A stretch of 64,000 nucleotides of DNA from the NCBI GenBank assembly GCA_964016885.1, contig OZ024756.1:124001-188000 (forward strand), written 5' to 3'. The DNA comes from Eledone cirrhosa. Lineage: Eukaryota. Position 1 is the first letter of the stretch. Each line of letters starts with the position of its first letter. Of this stretch, positions 61,701 through 64,000 are shown one piece after another. The notes under the pieces are model-generated. The model saw only the letters and a list, made by a program, of their open reading frames with translations. It was not told the DNA's origin and did no database searches. A program made the translations under genes and the position numbers.

Positions 61701-64000
61701 TTGGTGTTACTGTTATTGTTGGTGGTGGTAGTGTTGGTGTTACTGTTGTTGGTGGTGGTAGTGTTGGTGTTACTGTTGTTGGTGGGAGTGTTGGTGTTAC
61801 TGATGTTGGTGGTGGTGGTAGTGTTGGTGTTACTGTTGTTGTTGGTGGTGGGAGTGTTGGTGTTACTGTTATTGTTGGTGGTGGTAGTGTTGGTGTTACT
61901 GTTGTTGGTGGTGGTAGTGTTGGTGTTACTGTTGTTGGTGGTGGTGGTAGTGTTGGTGTTACTGTTGTTGGTGGTGGTGGTAGTGTTGGTGTTACTGTCG
62001 TTGTTGGTGGTGGTAGTGTTGGTGTTACTGTTGTTGGTGGTGGTGGGAGTGTTGGTGTTACTGTTGTTGTTGGTGGTGGTAGTGTTGGTGTTACTGTTGT
62101 TGGTGGCGGTGGTAGTGTTGGTGTTACTGTTGTTGTTGGTGGTGGTAGTGTTGGTGTTACTGTTGTTGTTGGTGGTGGTAGTGTTGGTGTTACTGTTGTT
62201 GTTGGTGGTGGTAGTGTTGGTGTTACTGTTGTTGGTGGTGGTGGTAGTGTTGGTGTTACTGTTGTTGGTGGTGGTGGTAGTGTTGGTGTTACTGTTGTTG
62301 TTGGTGGTGGGAGTGTTGGTGTTACTGTTATTGTTGGTGGTGGTAGTGTTGGTGTTACTGTTGTTGGTGGTGGTGGTAGTGTTGGTGTTACTGTTGTTGG
62401 TGGTGGTGGGAGTGTTGGTGTTACTGTTATTGTTGGTGGTGGGAGTGTTGGTGTTACTGTTATTGTTGGTGGTGGTAGTGTTGGTGTTACTGTTATTGTT
62501 GGTGGTGGTAGTGTTGGTGTTACTGTTGTTGGTGGTGGTGGTAGTGTTGGTGTTACTGTTTTTGTTGGTGGAGGTAGTGTTGGTGTTACTGTTGTTGGTG
62601 GTGGTGGGAGTGTTGGTGTTACTGTTTTTGTTGGTGGAGGTAGTGTTGGTGTTACTGTTTTTGTTGGTGGAGGTAGTGTTGGTGTTACTGTTGTTGTTGG
62701 TGGAGGTAGTGTTGGTGTTACTGTTGTCGTTGGTGGTGGTAGTGTTGGTGTTACTGTTTTTGTTGGTGGAGGTAGTGTTGGTGTTACTGTTGTTGGTGGT
62801 GGTGGGAGTGTTGGTGTTACTGTTGTTGTTGGTGGAGGTAGTGTTGGTGTTACTGTTGTTGGTGGTGGTGGTAGTGTTGGTGTTACTGTTGTTGTTGGTG
62901 GAGGTAGTGTTGGTGTTACTGTTGTTGGTGGTGGTGGTAGTGTTGGTGTTACTGTTTTTGTTGGTGGTGGTAGTGTTGGTGTTACTGTTGTTGGTGGTGG
63001 TGGTGGTAGTGTTGGTGTTACTGTTGTTGGTGGTGGTGGGAGTGTTGGTGTTACTGTTGTTGTTGGTGGAGGTAGTGTTGGTGTTACTGTTGTTGGTGGT
63101 GGTGGTAGTGTTGGTGTTACTGTTGTTGGTGGTGGTGGGAGTGTTGGTGTTACTGTTGTTGTTGGTGGAGGTAGTGTTGGTGTTACTGTTGTTGGTGGTG
63201 GTGGTAGTAGTGTTGGTGTTACTGTTGTTGGTGGTGGTGGGAGTGTTGGTGTTACTGTTGTTGTTGGTGGAGGTAGTGTTGGTGTTACTGTTGTTGGTGG
63301 TGGTGGTAGTGTTGGTGTTACTGTTGTTGGTGGTGGTGGTAGTGTTGGTGTTACTGTTGTTGTTGGTGGTGGTAGTGTTGGTGTTACTGTTGTTGTTGGT
63401 GGTGGTAGTGTTGGTGTTACTGTTTTTGTTGGTGGTGGTAGTGTTGGTGTTACTGTTGTTGTTGGTGGTGGTAGTGTTGGTGTTACTGTTGTTGGTGGTG
63501 GTGGTAGTGTTGGTGTTACTGTTGTTGTTGGTGGTGGTAGTGTTGGTGTTACTGTTGTTGTTGGTGGTGGTAGTGTTGGTGTTACTGTTGTTGTTGGTGG
63601 TGGGAGTGTTGGTGTTACTGTTGTTGTTGGTGGAGGTAGTGTTGGTGTTACTGTGTTGTTGGTGGAGGTAGTGTTGGTGTTACTGTTGTTGGTGGTGGTG
63701 GTAGTGTTGGTGTTACTGTTGTTGTTGGTGGTGGTAGTGTTGGTGTTACTGTTGTTGGTGGTGGTGGTAGTGTTGGTGTTACTGTTGTTGGTGGGAGTGT
63801 TGGTGTTACTGTTGTTGTTGGTGGAGGTAGTGTTGGTGTTACTGTTGTTGGTGGTGGTGGTAGTGTTGGTGTTACTGTTGTTGTTGGTGGAGGTAGTGTT
63901 GGTGTTACTGTTGTTGGTGGTGGTGGTAGTGTTGGTGTTACTGTTGTTGGTGGTGGTGGTAGTGTTGGTGTTACTGTTGTTGTTGGTGGTGGTAGTGTTG
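40783..64000. repeat. >23-kb GT-rich satellite, 27-36-bp unit (gtagtgttggtgttactgttgttg[ttg]gtggtg), with ~7.6-kb higher-order repeat; runs off window end
   Basis: Direct repetition; rare-variant markers recur at ~7630 and ~9457 bp spacing. Confidence 0.97.

Noticed and set aside
41841-63671. Poly-Val/Leu ORFs up to 2549 aa
   Set aside because: Translation artefacts of the GT-rich satellite

Overview
Eukaryotic, repeat-saturated window with no confidently identifiable host protein-coding gene. The SINE/LINE families and microsatellite style look like octopus (cephalopod) genomic DNA; this is an inference from remembered repeat families. Most of the window is tandem repeat: at least 15 distinct mini/satellite arrays (16-72 bp units), ending in a >23 kb GT-rich array with a ~7.6 kb higher-order repeat. 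Nearly all long ORFs in the supplied track are artefacts of these arrays. Interspersed DNA contains tRNA-derived SINEs, RTE-type LINE 3' ends and TTAA-CCCTTT...AAAGGG MITE-like elements. The main unannotated signal is five type I hammerhead ribozyme motifs (15928-16023 +, 18031-18122 +, 25634-25701 -, 30583-30656 -, 31631-31661 +). They have the minimal stem-III architecture typical of Penelope-like retroelement pseudo-LTRs, represent about four sequence families, and mostly end at (TA)n or related microsatellites. Several satellite arrays can be traced to fragments of mobile elements present elsewhere in the window, including a 3.9 kb 45-bp array that ends exactly at a predicted hammerhead cleavage site. 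All structures were folded by eye and no activity is demonstrated.
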